DNA of 64,000 nucleotides from the NCBI GenBank assembly GCA_951406725.2, contig OX597831.1, forward strand, positions 58,280,001-58,344,000. The letters are read 5' to 3'. Made by a program: the position numbers and the translations under genes. The notes under the pieces were generated by a model. The model was not told where the DNA came from. It saw only the letters and a list, made by a program, of their open reading frames with translations, and made no database searches. Positions 31,317-44,754 of this stretch are shown here, piece by piece (position 1 is the first letter of the stretch; every line of letters starts with the position of its first letter). Source of the stretch: Octopus vulgaris. Taxonomy: Eukaryota.

Positions 31317-31885
31317 CACACAGACACACGCACACACACACATACACACACACACACATTGCTGACATGATAACGATCTATGAACATTCGAAAGAGGAAG
31401 GAATAATTCATTTTTGGATTTGCTTCTCGAAGGACATACAACGCTAATAAAAACAGCCTGTAAATACTAGGTTAAAAAATCCCCTTTGGACAAGAAAAAG
31501 ACGCCTTCGAATTTCCTATCCCATAAGGTTTTTCAGTCCAATATTAATATAGTATTATTTATAGCTTTATATGCACGTCGAAGACCATTTCGTAAAAAGT
31601 ATACATTTGTAGGCACAAGTGTAGCTGTATGGTAAGAAGTTTGCTTACCAACCACATGGTTCCGAGTTCAGCCTCATTGCGTGGCACCTTGAGCAAGTGT
31701 TTTCTACTATAGCCTCGGGTCGACCAAAATCTTGTGAGTGGATTTGGTAGATGGAAACTGGAAGAAGAAGCCTGCCGTGTATATATATATATATATAGTT
31801 AATCCAAACATGAAAACACAACAACGCGAGGACGTGGAACAAATATAGTATTATTGGACGCTCAGGAAAGAAGGAAAGAAGGAGG

Positions 31886-31920
31886 GTTTAACGTTTCGAG
31901 CGGAGCTCTTCGTCAGAAAC
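31886..31920 (-). ncRNA. Minimal type I hammerhead
   Basis: gttt-CTGACGA-a-gagc tcc gctc-GAAA-CG-TT-aaac. Confidence 0.72.
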
Positions 31921-31993
31921 ATAGGAAAAGGAAAGATCCAAAGAAGGGAAGACGGAGGAAGAAAATCGCCAACGGTACACACGCGGTCACATT

Positions 31994-32043
<50 letters not shown>

Positions 32044-32131
32044 ATAAGGGTGAAAAGGAACACACGAGTTGATATATATGAAAACACAAGTCAAGATAGA
32101 AAATGCTAAAATAATTTTATAAAGAACATTT

Positions 32132-32169
32132 CAGTACCGGTTTCGGTCATTTTGAGACCTTTTCAACTG
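32132..32169 (-). ncRNA. Hammerhead with U3-A8 core
   Basis: cag-TTGAAAA-ggtc tcaaaat gacc-GAAA-ccgg-TA-ctg. Confidence 0.7.
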
Positions 32170-32589
32170 TAACGATTAAATAATTAAATTTAGAAAAATT
32201 AAAAGAAAAGTTTTTTTAAAGGAATATTTGTATAGTGTTCAATTATAAGTGGCATTCTGCCTTTCTCTGTCTCCCTTGTTTGCACTTGTGTGTTCGAGGT
32301 CGTTGTGACCTCGAACACACAAGTCCCCGCCACTGCTTGACAACCGATGTTGGATCCTTTACGTCCACGAGACTGATAGAATAAATACCAAATTTAAAAA
32401 GGTACTGGGGTCGATTCGTTCGTCTAAAGATTCTTCAATGCGGTGCCCCAGCATGACCACAGTATAATGACTGAAACAAGTAAAAGGTAAAACGTACATA
32501 TATGTGTGTGTGTGTGTGTGTGTGTGTATAACAGTATTAATAAAAAGGAGATTATTAATACTGTTACCCCAACCACCACTACGAAGTTC

Positions 32590-34097
32590 CTGTAGACAGT
32601 AAGAGGAGAGGGCGGTGGCATTGAGAACGTATTCGAAGGTTCTCGACACCATTACCGTCTTCTCCAAGCAGATGATTGAGCAGGAGTTGGCGGAACATCT
32701 GCCAACCATTAAGTATATTTCTAGGGGAGTCAAACATGCAACGGTGTGGTTGCTGTTTGACAACCCAGAGGAAGCTCGCAGTTTTGCGAACCAGCCTGTT
32801 GAGGGTAAAGAAATTTTGTTTCTTCCCACTTATTGTAAGAAAAATTGACGAGGGCCTGGGTCTGTGGTTTGCCACCCGAAATTGAACCTCAGTGGATAGA
32901 AGATACTATCCATCGGGGTCTGTGTGACTGCGGACCCAGGCGACTCAATGTGAAAATTCTTCCTGTGGCTGATTGGGTTGGGTCAAACGCTGTTTTTACC
33001 CTGTGGACCCAATCAGCCATGAATCTAGTTATGCCAGATTTTCTGAAAATGGCCGGGTGCAGGTACCCGGTGATTCTTGAGCGTCGCCCCACCAGGTGTC
33101 ATCGGTGCCTGGAGCCTGGCCATATAAAGAAAAACTGTCCTCAGGAACAAAGCAAAGTCTTGGAGCAGTCAGTTGAGGGAACGAAGGCGGCTGAGGAGAC
33201 GGAGGACTCCTTAGGGAAGGGCCGCAACAGGAAGAAGGTGAGCAACAATGGGTAATCACCGAAGGATCCTGGGGATGGGGAGGGGAGGTGAATCTCCCGG
33301 TCACGGAGGAGATGCACCCTCCCCCAGTTGAGAGAATAAAAGAGGAAGAGGTAGAGAAACGGGACATTGCCGGCAGTCAGTAACATAGTACCGGAATGTC
33401 CTGGAACCTTGCCGGTAGGGGTTGTGCCACCGACAGGGGGAGGGACACCGTTGGAGGAATTGTGCCGCCAATGGTAGAATTGACTACCTCGAACCCGGAG
33501 GAAGAGGAACTATTGGTCTTCTACAGAAGCGGAGAGGTAGAAGAGGTTGTGGAATAGCACCATAAGTGAGTATCTTTAACCTTCACACAGGATCCAGCAT
33601 GGCCTCCACAGAGAGCTATGGAGGTCGTAACGGTGTCTGTGGGGTTTAGGCTGCAGGGACTCAATGTGGAATATCGTTTGTGGCCGGGCGACGCCGACTC
33701 GGATCCCGCCTTGGTCTTGAATGAGGCGTGGTGGATGGTGGAGTATACGGGCACAAGCGATGTTGGGGAGCAATAATGACAAGAGGTTGAAAAGCCTCAG
33801 CGTTATAATATTTAATGTTTATTGCATGTTATTGTGTTTAAGAGGCTTAACGCCCAAATTCTTAAATGGACCATTAGTCCAAAAATTGTAAACTGAAGTA
33901 AGAGGTTCATTACCTCGTTTTGTCTTTTTCTGTGGAAAAAAGAAGAGAATAATGTTTTAGAGAAGCAGAAAATTGGCGGGCGTTTTTTGTCTTCTCCCAC
34001 TATTATCATCCTTATCATTATTCATCTCATCAATGTCTTTGTCCAGCCCACAAGCTGCTCTGTATCATGCCTTTATGGCAAAAGTTTTGAAATAAAG
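32590..34097 (+). mobile_element. Degenerate L1/Tx1-like ORF1 (gag-like zinc knuckle) element, internally deleted
   Basis: RRM-like ATVWLLFDNPEEARSF and RAWVCGLPPEI; CX2CX4HX4C knuckle CHRCLEPGHIKKNC; GC-richer than flanks; ends aaataaa. Confidence 0.65.
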
Positions 34098-34391
34098 TAG
34101 CTTGCTTACCAACCACATGATCCTAGGCTAAGTCCCACTGCGTAGTACCTTGGGTAAGTGTCTTCTACTATAAACTCGGGCCGACCAAAGCCTTGTGAGT
34201 GGATTTGGTAGACGGAAACTGAAAGAAGCCCGTCGTATATAGATATATATATGTGTGTGTGTGTGTGTGTGTCTAGAAACAAAACTCTAGGTCCTTATGT
34301 CACTCCTGTTGCAATCTCACCTAGAACTTGTATATGTATATATATGACTGGCTTTTCATATTTCATTCTGTTCCTCACGTTTCTGAAACCA

Positions 34392-34456
<65 letters not shown>

Positions 34457-34512
34457 ACACACATGCATAGTTCTCATAAACACACACACACACACACACA
34501 CACATAACACAC

Positions 34513-34580
<68 letters not shown>

Positions 34581-34638
34581 CATAGTTCTCAATCAATCAT
34601 CTGATGGCACGAAATTCTGAACTGTTGAAACACTCTTG

Positions 34639-34685
34639 TACGAAGGAGAGTCAAAAGTTGCATTACGTTTTGACTCACCCTCGTA
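34639..34685. mobile_element. 47-bp mariner-like TIR-only remnant
   Basis: tacgaaggagagtcaaaa...ttttgactcaccctcgta; TA termini; TIR resembles 36086-36795. Confidence 0.6.
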
Positions 34686-34911
34686 CTTTTTCCGCAAAAA
34701 AATAATAAAATGTGTTATCAGACATATGTGTGTATCTACATAAGTTTCTTTATCACCTTCTCTTCTCTCCATCTCTTTCTCTCTCTTTTTCTCTCTGTTT
34801 GTCTGTCTGTCTGTCTGTCTCTCTCACACACACAAACACAGGGAAGCCTTTCATACATGTCCACATACCTATCTACATACCGACATACATGTATATGCAT
34901 ATTCATAAATA

Positions 34912-34942
<31 letters not shown>

Positions 34943-35026
34943 ATCTATATATATATATTTATATATATACATATATATATATGTTCACACATATACACAT
35001 ACACACACACACATATACACACACAG

Positions 35027-35091
<65 letters not shown>

Positions 35092-35655
35092 CACGCACGA
35101 ACACACACTCACACAAACAGACGGACAGATACACACACATACACATACACACTCACATATATGCACCCACATATCTACATATAAGCTCTTTCTCTCACGT
35201 CTCTCGCACATATGCACACATATACGACGGACTCCCGCATACACGTTATCTATTGAAATTTTCTTCACGAAGTATTATGAACAGTAGGCTATCGCAGACA
35301 TTAGTCCAACGTACTGTAGCGTGCATTATATCAAACTGAGAACCAGCTAGCTGTGAAGCGAACATCGTAAGCGCACATATGTAATAGAGTAAGCTGCAAA
35401 AATTCGATTAACTGAAATTATTCACGCAGTGGTGTTCGAAATCTAATAACAACAAGCAAGGAAGATAAATTGATCAATAAAATCGATTGAAAGCTTGGGA
35501 AATGTATAAAAAAAATGTAGTTAAAGCCTAATGGTGAAAGAACGGGTGAGCTTTGGTCTTATTAACCCTCTTCAACGAAGCATATTTTACTTAGTTGAAT
35601 GAATTAAAGGTGAGAACTATCTGTTTGTCTATCTGTCGTCTGTCTGTCTGTCTGT

Positions 35656-35722
<67 letters not shown>

Positions 35723-35734
35723 TGCGCACTTTTA

Positions 35735-35964
35735 AAGCCTAGCCAGGCTTATGGGCCCGGTTTCCCGGTTTCAATGGCGTATGTGTTCCCCAGCTGGACG
35801 GGACGCCAGTCCATCGCGGCGTTACTCATTTTTGCCAGCTGAGTGGACTGGAGCAACGTGAAATGAAGCGTTTTGCTCAAGAACACAACGCGTCGCCCGG
35901 TCCAGAAATCGAAACCGCAATCTTACGATCATGATGCCGACACCCTAAACACTAAGCCATGCGC

Positions 35965-35967
<3 letters not shown>
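35735..35967 (-). mobile_element. Family C-related SINE (another relic at 24590-24800)
   Basis: Reverse tRNA-like head (...aatcgaaacc...ctaaacactaagccatgcgcctc); tail shared with 63410-63500. Confidence 0.7.
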
Positions 35968-36042
<75 letters not shown>

Positions 36043-36085
36043 GTATATCCATACATGCATACATACAAACATACATTCATATATA

Positions 36086-36795
36086 TACGAGGGCGAGTAA
36101 AATATTACACGCACTCTTAAATACTTTTACGCAAAAGCAGGGGATAAACAAATACGTTAATTTTCTATATAGTCTCCTTCTTTTTCGATGCACTTGGTCC
36201 AGAGGTGTACAAGCTTGAGTATGTTTCCAAGAAGAAGGTTTTCTGTTGGTCGTGCCTCTCTTTATGCACCGCTTCCTTGACATTTCCATACGTATGAAAT
36301 CGACGACCTCGTAAACCATCTTTGAGCGGGCCAAAGATATCACAGTCGGAAGGGCCGAGATTTGAGCTGTAGGCAGGGTGTTCCAGCACCTCAAAACCCG
36401 ATTGGTTAATGGTTTCAACAATTCTGGCGGTCGTGTGTGGGCGTGCATTGTCATGCAAACACAAAACATTTTTCGCCAATAGGCTTCTGCATTTGGTGCG
36501 AATTGCTGACTTTAGTTTGTTGGCCAGCAAAGCACAGTATCTTGCACTGCTGATCGTACACTACTTTTCCAGAGAAATCGGATCACTGCTCTTTGTTTTT
36601 CTTTGGTGCACATTTCTAGTGGAGCGGCCATGCTTTCACAGTAAAGCCAGAAGGGAAAATGGCGCGAGCAGGCTCAAGCGTCGATCGCATGACCACAATA
36701 GTACCAACTATTAGCACACATGCATAGAAGGCAATGTGATAATAATAAAGGCACGTTATGGCGAAAGTATGGATAATTTTTTACTTTCCCTCGTA
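36086..36795 (-). mobile_element. Internally deleted mariner (DD34D-type) element
   Basis: LHDNARPHT...HPAYSSNLGPSDCDIFGPLK...LRGRRF; TIRs tacgaggg.../...ccctcgta with TA. Confidence 0.9.
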
Positions 36796-36812
36796 TGTAT
36801 ATAATAATAATG

Positions 36813-36863
<51 letters not shown>

Positions 36864-36889
36864 GAAGAAGAAGAAGAAAAATGCACACA

Positions 36890-38090
36890 TTTTACATGGT
36901 TTTAATATATTTTAAATGAAAGAATGTTGTGGTTGTCAACCGGTTTCGCTTTCGTTAATACTGACATTGAAATTAAAGTGATTTCGTATTTTCTTAAGAT
37001 TTTAGTCCATGTTCTTGTATGAAAGTTTTTGAATGAATCAACAAGTGGAACAAAATAAGGATAATTGGTGATAGCTATCACTCGGGATAGGGGAGGTAAT
37101 TGCTCATTTTTGGTGTGGGATAAATAAACATGTAAAATCTTATGAGCTAAAGTAGTGAGATGAAATATCTACAATGATGGATATGTGATCATGAATTAAA
37201 ATATATACAGAGACTAAAGTTAGTTATGCGTTCATATTTAGGCGTGTTCTTTATTTTTCGATAAATAAATTGTTTTTTTATTTAACCGTTCTTGCACTGG
37301 AAGATGGTTCTCCGTCTAAGTGACATATTTGTCTGTCCTATATAGTTATTTCCATAACCTGAACAAGTTATTATATAAATTAAATTCTCGGATGCACAAG
37401 TGAAGAACCTATCTCCTTGTCTGAATTGGAATTATGAGCTTTCTAGTAGGTTGGGTCATGTTCCACAGTTTGGATGTCTACATTTTTTAACCATTGGGTT
37501 TCGTGGTTGTGTATAGCTTTGCATTTATCAGCAGTCTTTTCAGCATTTTCGCTTGCTTTTTAGATTTGATGAATTTATGTGGTGTTCATTTTTGGATCCC
37601 TAGTGAGAATTGATAGATTTTGTACAATGGTTTTGTATGCCTCATTGTTTCTAGGGTTGTAAGTTTATATATACGATAGTATTTTGAGATGAGGTGTGGT
37701 GTTTCGTTTTATTTCCCTTCCTGCTTTAATGCCTATTTTCTTTGCACGTTTAATTCAATCATCTATAAGCGAGGGGAGATAGTGTCTCTCAGTTAGTGTT
37801 GTACCGAGGTCTTGAAGATGGAGGTTCCGAGTATTTTCATCAGACACTATTGTGCAAATCCTTTTCGCTAAATTAAAAGTAATATTTGAGCTACACAGGA
37901 GATATTGCTTCGAGTCTGTTGGTTTATGATAAATGTTGGTTACAATTTGATTGTTGACATTTATTTTATCAGAATATCAAGAAAGGGAGCTGTTCTTTGC
38001 TATATTAATTCGTAATCTGAATATTAGGGTATATACTATTAAGTATTGATTTAAATTCCGAAAGTTTGTCAATGGTCTCTTTCCTTTTAT
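36890..38090 (-). mobile_element. Decayed Penelope-like element: RT thumb + GIY-YIG endonuclease
   Basis: Minus-strand translation: KEQLPFLDILI; TNIYHKPTDSKQYL...FNLAKRICTIVSD; KCRHPNCG; FTCASENLIYIITCSGYGNNYIGQT. Not in the ORF track because of stops and frameshifts. Confidence 0.88.
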
Positions 38091-38157
38091 TATATATATA
38101 TAATGTCTATTACAACACACCGCATGGGGATAATCGAAATTCGCTTCCTCTCATTTA

Positions 38158-38251
<94 letters not shown>

Positions 38252-38555
38252 ATGGAGGTGTAAATAGCACAGAAGTAAGTCTAAGACATTTCAGCTTTAG
38301 AGGGAATTTAATAAAAATGATTTTAAAAATTAGATAAAAAAATATTACCTGTTTCGATGATTCTCATCTTATCAAATATCATGACCCACCCCCTAGACAT
38401 AAGATAAATTGTTTTTACTTCAATTTTTAATAAATTTTTACTGATATTTGATAACCAGTAATATTTACTTTATATAATTTTTAAAATCATTTTTATTAAA
38501 TTTCCTCTTAAACTGAAATGTCATAGACTTACTTTTGTGTTATTTCTACCTCCAT
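38252..38555. mobile_element. (TA)n-flanked foldback insert with U3-A8 hammerhead
   Basis: 38252-38380 inverted at 38443-38555. Confidence 0.7.
38342..38379 (-). ncRNA. Hammerhead with U3-A8 core
   Basis: atat-TTGATAA-gatga gaa tcatc-GAAA-cagg-TA-atat. Confidence 0.68.
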
Positions 38556-38601
38556 TTTTTATATATAAAGATTTGATTTGTATACAATTCTAATTATTTT
38601 C

Positions 38602-38640
<39 letters not shown>

Positions 38641-38739
38641 CACAGATATGATAATGCAAAGAGGAAAAAATAGAAGTCAAAATGTGAGTATATGTATATT
38701 TTTATTAACATTTAGCAAAAGTAACAGAGTGGATCAAGT

Positions 38740-39882
38740 TCCAATGAAATTCAAAGAGCGTAGCCCAGCAGAATCTCTACTTGAATTCACAAAAATGCTG
38801 TTCATGGAGCAAACAATACTCTCCCCAACCAGGAATGATAACATATTAAACCTGTTTTACTAGCAGCGTAGGTCTTGTCTTATTCACAACGTGGAGATAA
38901 TACCTGCAATCTTCTCAGACCACAAAATGGTAGAACTGATGATGCATGATCCAAAACCAATTAGTGATGTATTCCACACAGACTGCACCCAAAATCTGCC
39001 TAGACTAAACCTCTACAAGGCTGACTGGAAGTCAGTTAAAAGGTAGATTATCCAGCAAAATTGGCCTTAAAGGCTCTCTATGCAAGACATTGACAAGAAA
39101 CTTAAAGAATTTATATCAATGATGCGAGTCATATGCATTAAATTTGTCTCAGAGAAGAGAGCAGCCACATACAAAAACATCATTCCTTGAGACAAGAGAG
39201 TCCTTATGAGACAGAGAATAATGATCTCCAGTCGCTTAAATAAACAACACACTGACAACGAGGAATCCCTCTTACAAGAGAGACTTTCAGAGATCGATAA
39301 TAAACTCACTTCCCCAAGAAAAGAAAATGGTAGAAAGAGAAACCAGGGCTGTGGTAAATATAAAAATAAATCCCAAAGCCTTCTACATGATCGCACAAGA
39401 CTCTGCCTCAGTGCACTGCAAGATAAGGCCGTTTGAAGAAAACGGCTCGCTAACTGCAGACTCCAAGAGGACAGGTGAAGTACCACATAAGCAATTCCAG
39501 TGTCTCCACTTCTCCACTGGGAAACTGGAAAGTGACCGAGCGTAAAGAGTTCTTCAGCACTGCAGATCTACATGAGAGAAAGGCAACCATCGATTACATC
39601 GACATAAAAGAGGAAAATGTAATATTGGCCATTGATGAGATGACCTCAAACTCAGCAACGGGCTCGGATGGATTTCCGTCTGTTCTCCTAAAACATGCAA
39701 GAAAGCTCCCGCAAAACCACTGCAAATGCTTTTTCAGAGTTTCCTTGCAGGAGAAAAACTTCTCAAACTGTTAAAAGAGGGCATCATATGCCCTGTCCAT
39801 GAAGGAGAAAGCAGAACGGAGGCTAAAAATTACAGGCCTATCTCTCTGACTTCACATCTTAGCAAGATCATGGAACGCATTG
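38740..39882 (+). mobile_element. Degenerate CR1/L2/Jockey-group LINE ORF2 fragment
   Basis: APE C-terminus PTRNDNILNLF...SDH; KINPKAFY; SATGSDG; KNYRPISLTSHLSKIMERIV. Confidence 0.8.
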
Positions 39883-40101
39883 TGTATATGTGTGTGTCTT
39901 TGTGTCTGTTTCCCACCACCATCACTTGACAACCGGTGTTGGTATGTTTACGCCCCCATAACTTAGCAGTTCGGCATAAGACCGATAGAATAAGTAACTA
40001 GGCTTAAAAAATGTACTGAGGTCGATTCGTTCGTCTACAAATTCTTCAAGGCAGTGCCAAAGCACGACCGCAGTCTAATGACTGAAACAAATAAAAGATA
40101 A

Positions 40102-40266
<165 letters not shown>

Positions 40267-40484
40267 ACACAAAACATTATCAGTCAAAACATTATCAGTA
40301 ACACATTCTTAAAGTATGTGTTTTGTAAAATACCAGAAGGCGCAGCTTTTCGTCTGGGAATGATCCCTTAAATAACATATGGTGTTAAAATATATCTGTA
40401 TCTGCCACTCTCGTTCACTTCCAGGGCAGTTTCCTTTACTGTAGCTCTGAAGTATACTGTGTGTATATGTATATATATATATAT

Positions 40485-40717
40485 TCTTTTTTTACTCTTT
40501 TACTTGTTTCAGTCATTTGACTGTGGCCATGCTGGAGCACCGCCTTTAGTCGAGCAAATCAACCCCAGGACTTATTCTTTGTAAGCCCAGTACTTATTCT
40601 ATCGATCTCTTTTGCCGAACCGCTAAGTGACGGCGACGTAAACATACCACCATCGGTTGTCAAGCAATGCTAGGGGGACAAACACAGATACACAAACATA
40701 CACACATACACACACAC

Positions 40718-40796
<79 letters not shown>

Positions 40797-40945
40797 TACG
40801 ACGGGCTTCTTTCAGTCTCCGTCCACCAAATCCACTCACAAGGCTATAGTAGAAGACACTTGCCCAACATGCCACGCAGTGGGACTGAACCCGGAACCAT
40901 GTGGTTGGTAAGCAAGCTACTTACCACACAGCCACTCCTGCGCCT
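40485..40945 (-). mobile_element. Family A SINE, near full length (a tail-only copy lies at 39890-40100)
   Basis: Reverse complement of 47218-47620 with internal (TA)n. Confidence 0.88.
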
Positions 40946-41179
40946 ATATATATATATATATATAGTAGTGCCTTTGGTAGGCTTGACAGGCGCCTATTGT
41001 CACGCCTTAGTATATATTTCCAAATTAAAGTTAGGGTTTTTATAACACATGTGTCCTGCCATCCTTGCTATATGGAAGTGAGACCTGGGTTGTTTATCGT
41101 AGGCATTTAAGACATTTGGAATTATATCTTCAATATTGTCTTACGAAAATCCTAGGGATAAATTGGAAAATGACTATCA

Positions 41180-41836
41180 GTGATGTGTAGGTACTGGAGA
41201 GAAGAGGTAGTCAATGATTCTGCAAAGTTGTTTAAGGTGGGGGTAAGAATGAATGATGAAAGATTTCCCAAACAATTTCTGTATGGCGAGCTGGGAGATG
41301 GTAGGAGACCAGCACATAAACCTCGAATGATGTTCAAGGACTGCCTCAGAATTGTTCTGACGCAGACAGGAAATTCAGTTGTTGATTGGGAGAGGGAGGT
41401 ACAAGACCGATATGGACGGAAGAAGAGAGTGCACAGTGGTTGTTCGGGGTTTGATGGAGAGAGAAGGAAATACGAGAAGATTAGGAGAAATCTTAGAAGT
41501 AATGAATCTGTGGAGAATGAGGGAGTATTGCTTTGTGCGAGTGTGTGGTTTTGTGGGAGGAGGAGGTACTTGAGTCTTGCGTGCCTGGTCACCCATCAGA
41601 AAACTCACCGGGATCGATCCATATTAAATAGTGATATGGCTAGTGTTCACAACAGGACATGTGCAACATGTAGAATGGAAGGCCTCTCAGTCGGAGGAGT
41701 GAAAAAGCATGTCAAAAGAGTTCATAATGTGGTACCTATTTCTTCTGCCAGCCAGCACAGCTGTGCAATATGTAATAGAATGTGCAAAACTTTCGCCAGG
41801 CTCAAAGATTCATACAAGGGCCCCACATTGCACTAA
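41180..41836 (+). mobile_element. RTE-type LINE C-terminal fragment with C2H2-like zinc fingers
   Basis: RMNDERFPKQFLYGELGDGRRPAHKPRMMFKDCLR; CATC...HVKRVH; CAICNRMC. Confidence 0.78.
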
Positions 41837-41966
41837 CATTGACCCATTTCAATGGTTCTTTCTAGCAATGGATTTGCTCGTATATGAGAAAGCAGCTAAG
41901 ATATATATATATATGTATACATGCATACATCCTCCATCCATCTCTCTCTCTCCACACACACACATA

Positions 41967-42013
<47 letters not shown>

Positions 42014-42658
42014 ATCCTAAATTCAATGAGTCAGGAAAAAACTGGCACTAGCATACTATTATTATTAATATTAGGGCTACTAAAATTTTAAAAGCGAAGG
42101 CTTTTACCCACCGTTCTCATGAGCGCAAGTATGCATTAGCGGACTTGAGGATTGCATTATAAATATAAGTGACCTCTACATGATCAGCCTGCGTCTATGC
42201 TAGTTTTCGAGTTATTTATTGATATGTTCATTATACCAGCTGTACAGTTAAAAGAGACCATCAAACTATGCTCATTAAAAATTTACTTGTATCTATGCTA
42301 TTGGGAGGAATGTTTTTCAGCTAAGCTAATGAAAATCCGAACTACACAAGCTTTTACATTAATGGAAATCAGGGAAGTAATCTATACGACCTTAAGTTGG
42401 CGTATTCTTTTGGAGGTATTAGGGATCAGCATACAGCTAATACTATATTTTCTTTTTGGGCTTTCGTTTCAGTTTTTACATCTCCAAGGCCGATTGACCG
42501 GGTATAACGCTTTTGGGCCTTCATTGGTGAAGAACCCGAGTTACAGTGTTCCACTAATCTATTACTGATGAGTACTGAATCCGACTCTCTATTTCTGGCA
42601 TGATTTCCGCCATGAAACCATTTAGTAAAATGGCTATCATGCGACTAAAATATTATAT

Positions 42659-42738
<80 letters not shown>

Positions 42739-43452
42739 CACACACAGAGTAAACATATACATACATGAAACACAGATATACACATATGTGTATGTAGATT
42801 GATCACTCTTCTTGTTGCTACGCTTGTTGAGGAGGTAGATATAGAGGCGTGTATTTGTTTCCTATGCAGAACATTGAAATAAGGTTACGTTCCTTCTGCT
42901 ATACTATTAATATTTTTAATCACACACCAAAGCCTGCATATATTAAATATTCTATGTTTAAATCTCGTCGGGATGATTAAATGAAATACCAATGTTATGC
43001 TAATATTGATTAAATCGACTAAAAATTAGTCTATTTCTCTAATCGAAATGAAAATTCCTTCAGTTACGTACTTCTATTGTCTGTATTCATGACTTGCTAA
43101 GTTCGATTTTAAAGCAGTGAATTGGTTGAGTCGTTCTGCCTCTTTGCGCTCTGAGTTCAAATGCTGCTGAGGTCAACTTTTTCTTCTATGCTTACGCTAT
43201 CGATTAATAAAGTAGTAGTTCAATACTCGGTCGGCTCTTTTCTTTTGCTTCCTGGGGCAAAAAAAAAGAAGTTAATAATCAGTCAGTCTTGTTACAGGTC
43301 AACCCTGATGGAAATGAAATACAACCAAAAATGTTTCACTCGTGACTAACCCGTCTTTTTTTCTATCCAAAACTAAAATGTCAAATATGTCCTTTTAAAA
43401 GACGGTAGGGCATAATTTGAAGTGAAGGGATGAAAAATTATTTTATACTAAA

Positions 43453-43855
43453 CTAGCAGTATCGCCCGGCGTTGCTCGGGTTTGTAAGGGAAATAACTAT
43501 ATAAGCATTTTTAGAGAGTTATAGCCCCCAAAAAATAGCAAAAAAATGCATTAAAAATGGAAAAAAAATGATCGTAATTTTTTTTTTAAATCGTTGACTC
43601 ATCGTAGACATTTTTAGAGAGTTACTTCCCTAATATAATAGCGAAAAAATGCATTAAAATGGAAAAAAATGATGGTAAATTTTTTTAAAATCATAGACTC
43701 ATCGTAGACGCGCGCTAATACCCAGAAGGGCTCGATATGAATCATGACTATAAGATACCCGCTTTTGGTTACACTGCACCGCAAAATGTGGGAGTAGTTA
43801 GGAATCTAAATCGTAGGAGACAGACAGCACACAACCTCACTTTTATATATAAAGA
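43453..43855 (-). mobile_element. Non-autonomous Helitron
   Basis: Minus strand: A|TCTTTATATATAAAA start, 3' hairpin cccgagcaacgccggg then CTAG|T; internal about 105-bp duplication. Confidence 0.8.
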
Positions 43856-44154
43856 TTAGCCGTAATCCAGAAGACCTACATTAAAAAAATTCCCATTGCA
43901 TGATCGTAGCGTCTTTTTCGTCAAGCACAATGAACTTCAGATCATATAACAGTTTTGATGGGTTTTGGCGGTTTCAAAATTGAGATTTAGCAGTTTGATC
44001 GACAGAATGAATTCTTAGGCGAGAAGTGTATGCGTAAGCAAGCATATATATGTGTGTGTATGTATACATATGTATGTATATATACATATAAATATGCATA
44101 TATATGTGTGTGTATGTATACGTATAGATATATATACGTATATATATTCGTATG

Positions 44155-44226
<72 letters not shown>

Positions 44227-44227
44227 A

Positions 44228-44682
44228 GGATGAAAAGGGGCACACAAGTTGATATATATGAAAAAACAAGTCAAGATAGAAAATGCTAAAATGATTTTAT
44301 AAAGAACATATCAGTACCGGTTTCGGTCATTTGAGACCTTTTCAACTGTAACGATTAAATAATTAAATTTAGAAAAATTAAACGAAATTTTTTAAAAAGA
44401 ATATTTGCATAGTGTTAAAATATAAGAGGCATTTTCCTTGTTCTGCCTTTCTCTGTCTCTCTTGAACCCACAAGAGTAAATAAAAGAGATAGAGAAAAGC
44501 AGAAACAAGGAAAATGCCTCTTATATTTGAACACTATACAAATATTCTTTCAAAAATACTTTTCTTTTAATTTTTCTAAATTTAATTTTTTTAATTGTTA
44601 CAGTTGAAAAGGTATCAAATGACCGAAACCGGTACTGATATGATCTTTATAAAATTATTTTAGCATTTTCTATCTTGACTTG

Positions 44683-44688
<6 letters not shown>
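44228..44688. mobile_element. Foldback insert (about 200-bp arms) with two inverted U3-A8 hammerheads (44312-44348 minus, 44601-44637 plus)
   Basis: 44261-44462 inverted at 44484-44688; same family as 32045-32280. Confidence 0.8.

Positions 44689-44754
<66 letters not shown>

Larger units (their letters stand above)
31610..32490 (+). mobile_element. Family A SINE hosting two nested HHR inserts (31797-31998 and 32045-32324)
   Basis: SINE head 31610-31780, tail 32325-32490, inserts bounded by (TA)n. Confidence 0.75.

Noticed and set aside
42197-42568. 123-aa ORF
   Set aside because: No motif or homology that I can recognise; likely chance in AT-rich DNA.
42561-42626. ctgatga...gaaacc HHR candidate
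   Set aside because: Stems II and III pair poorly; at best a fossil, so not counted.
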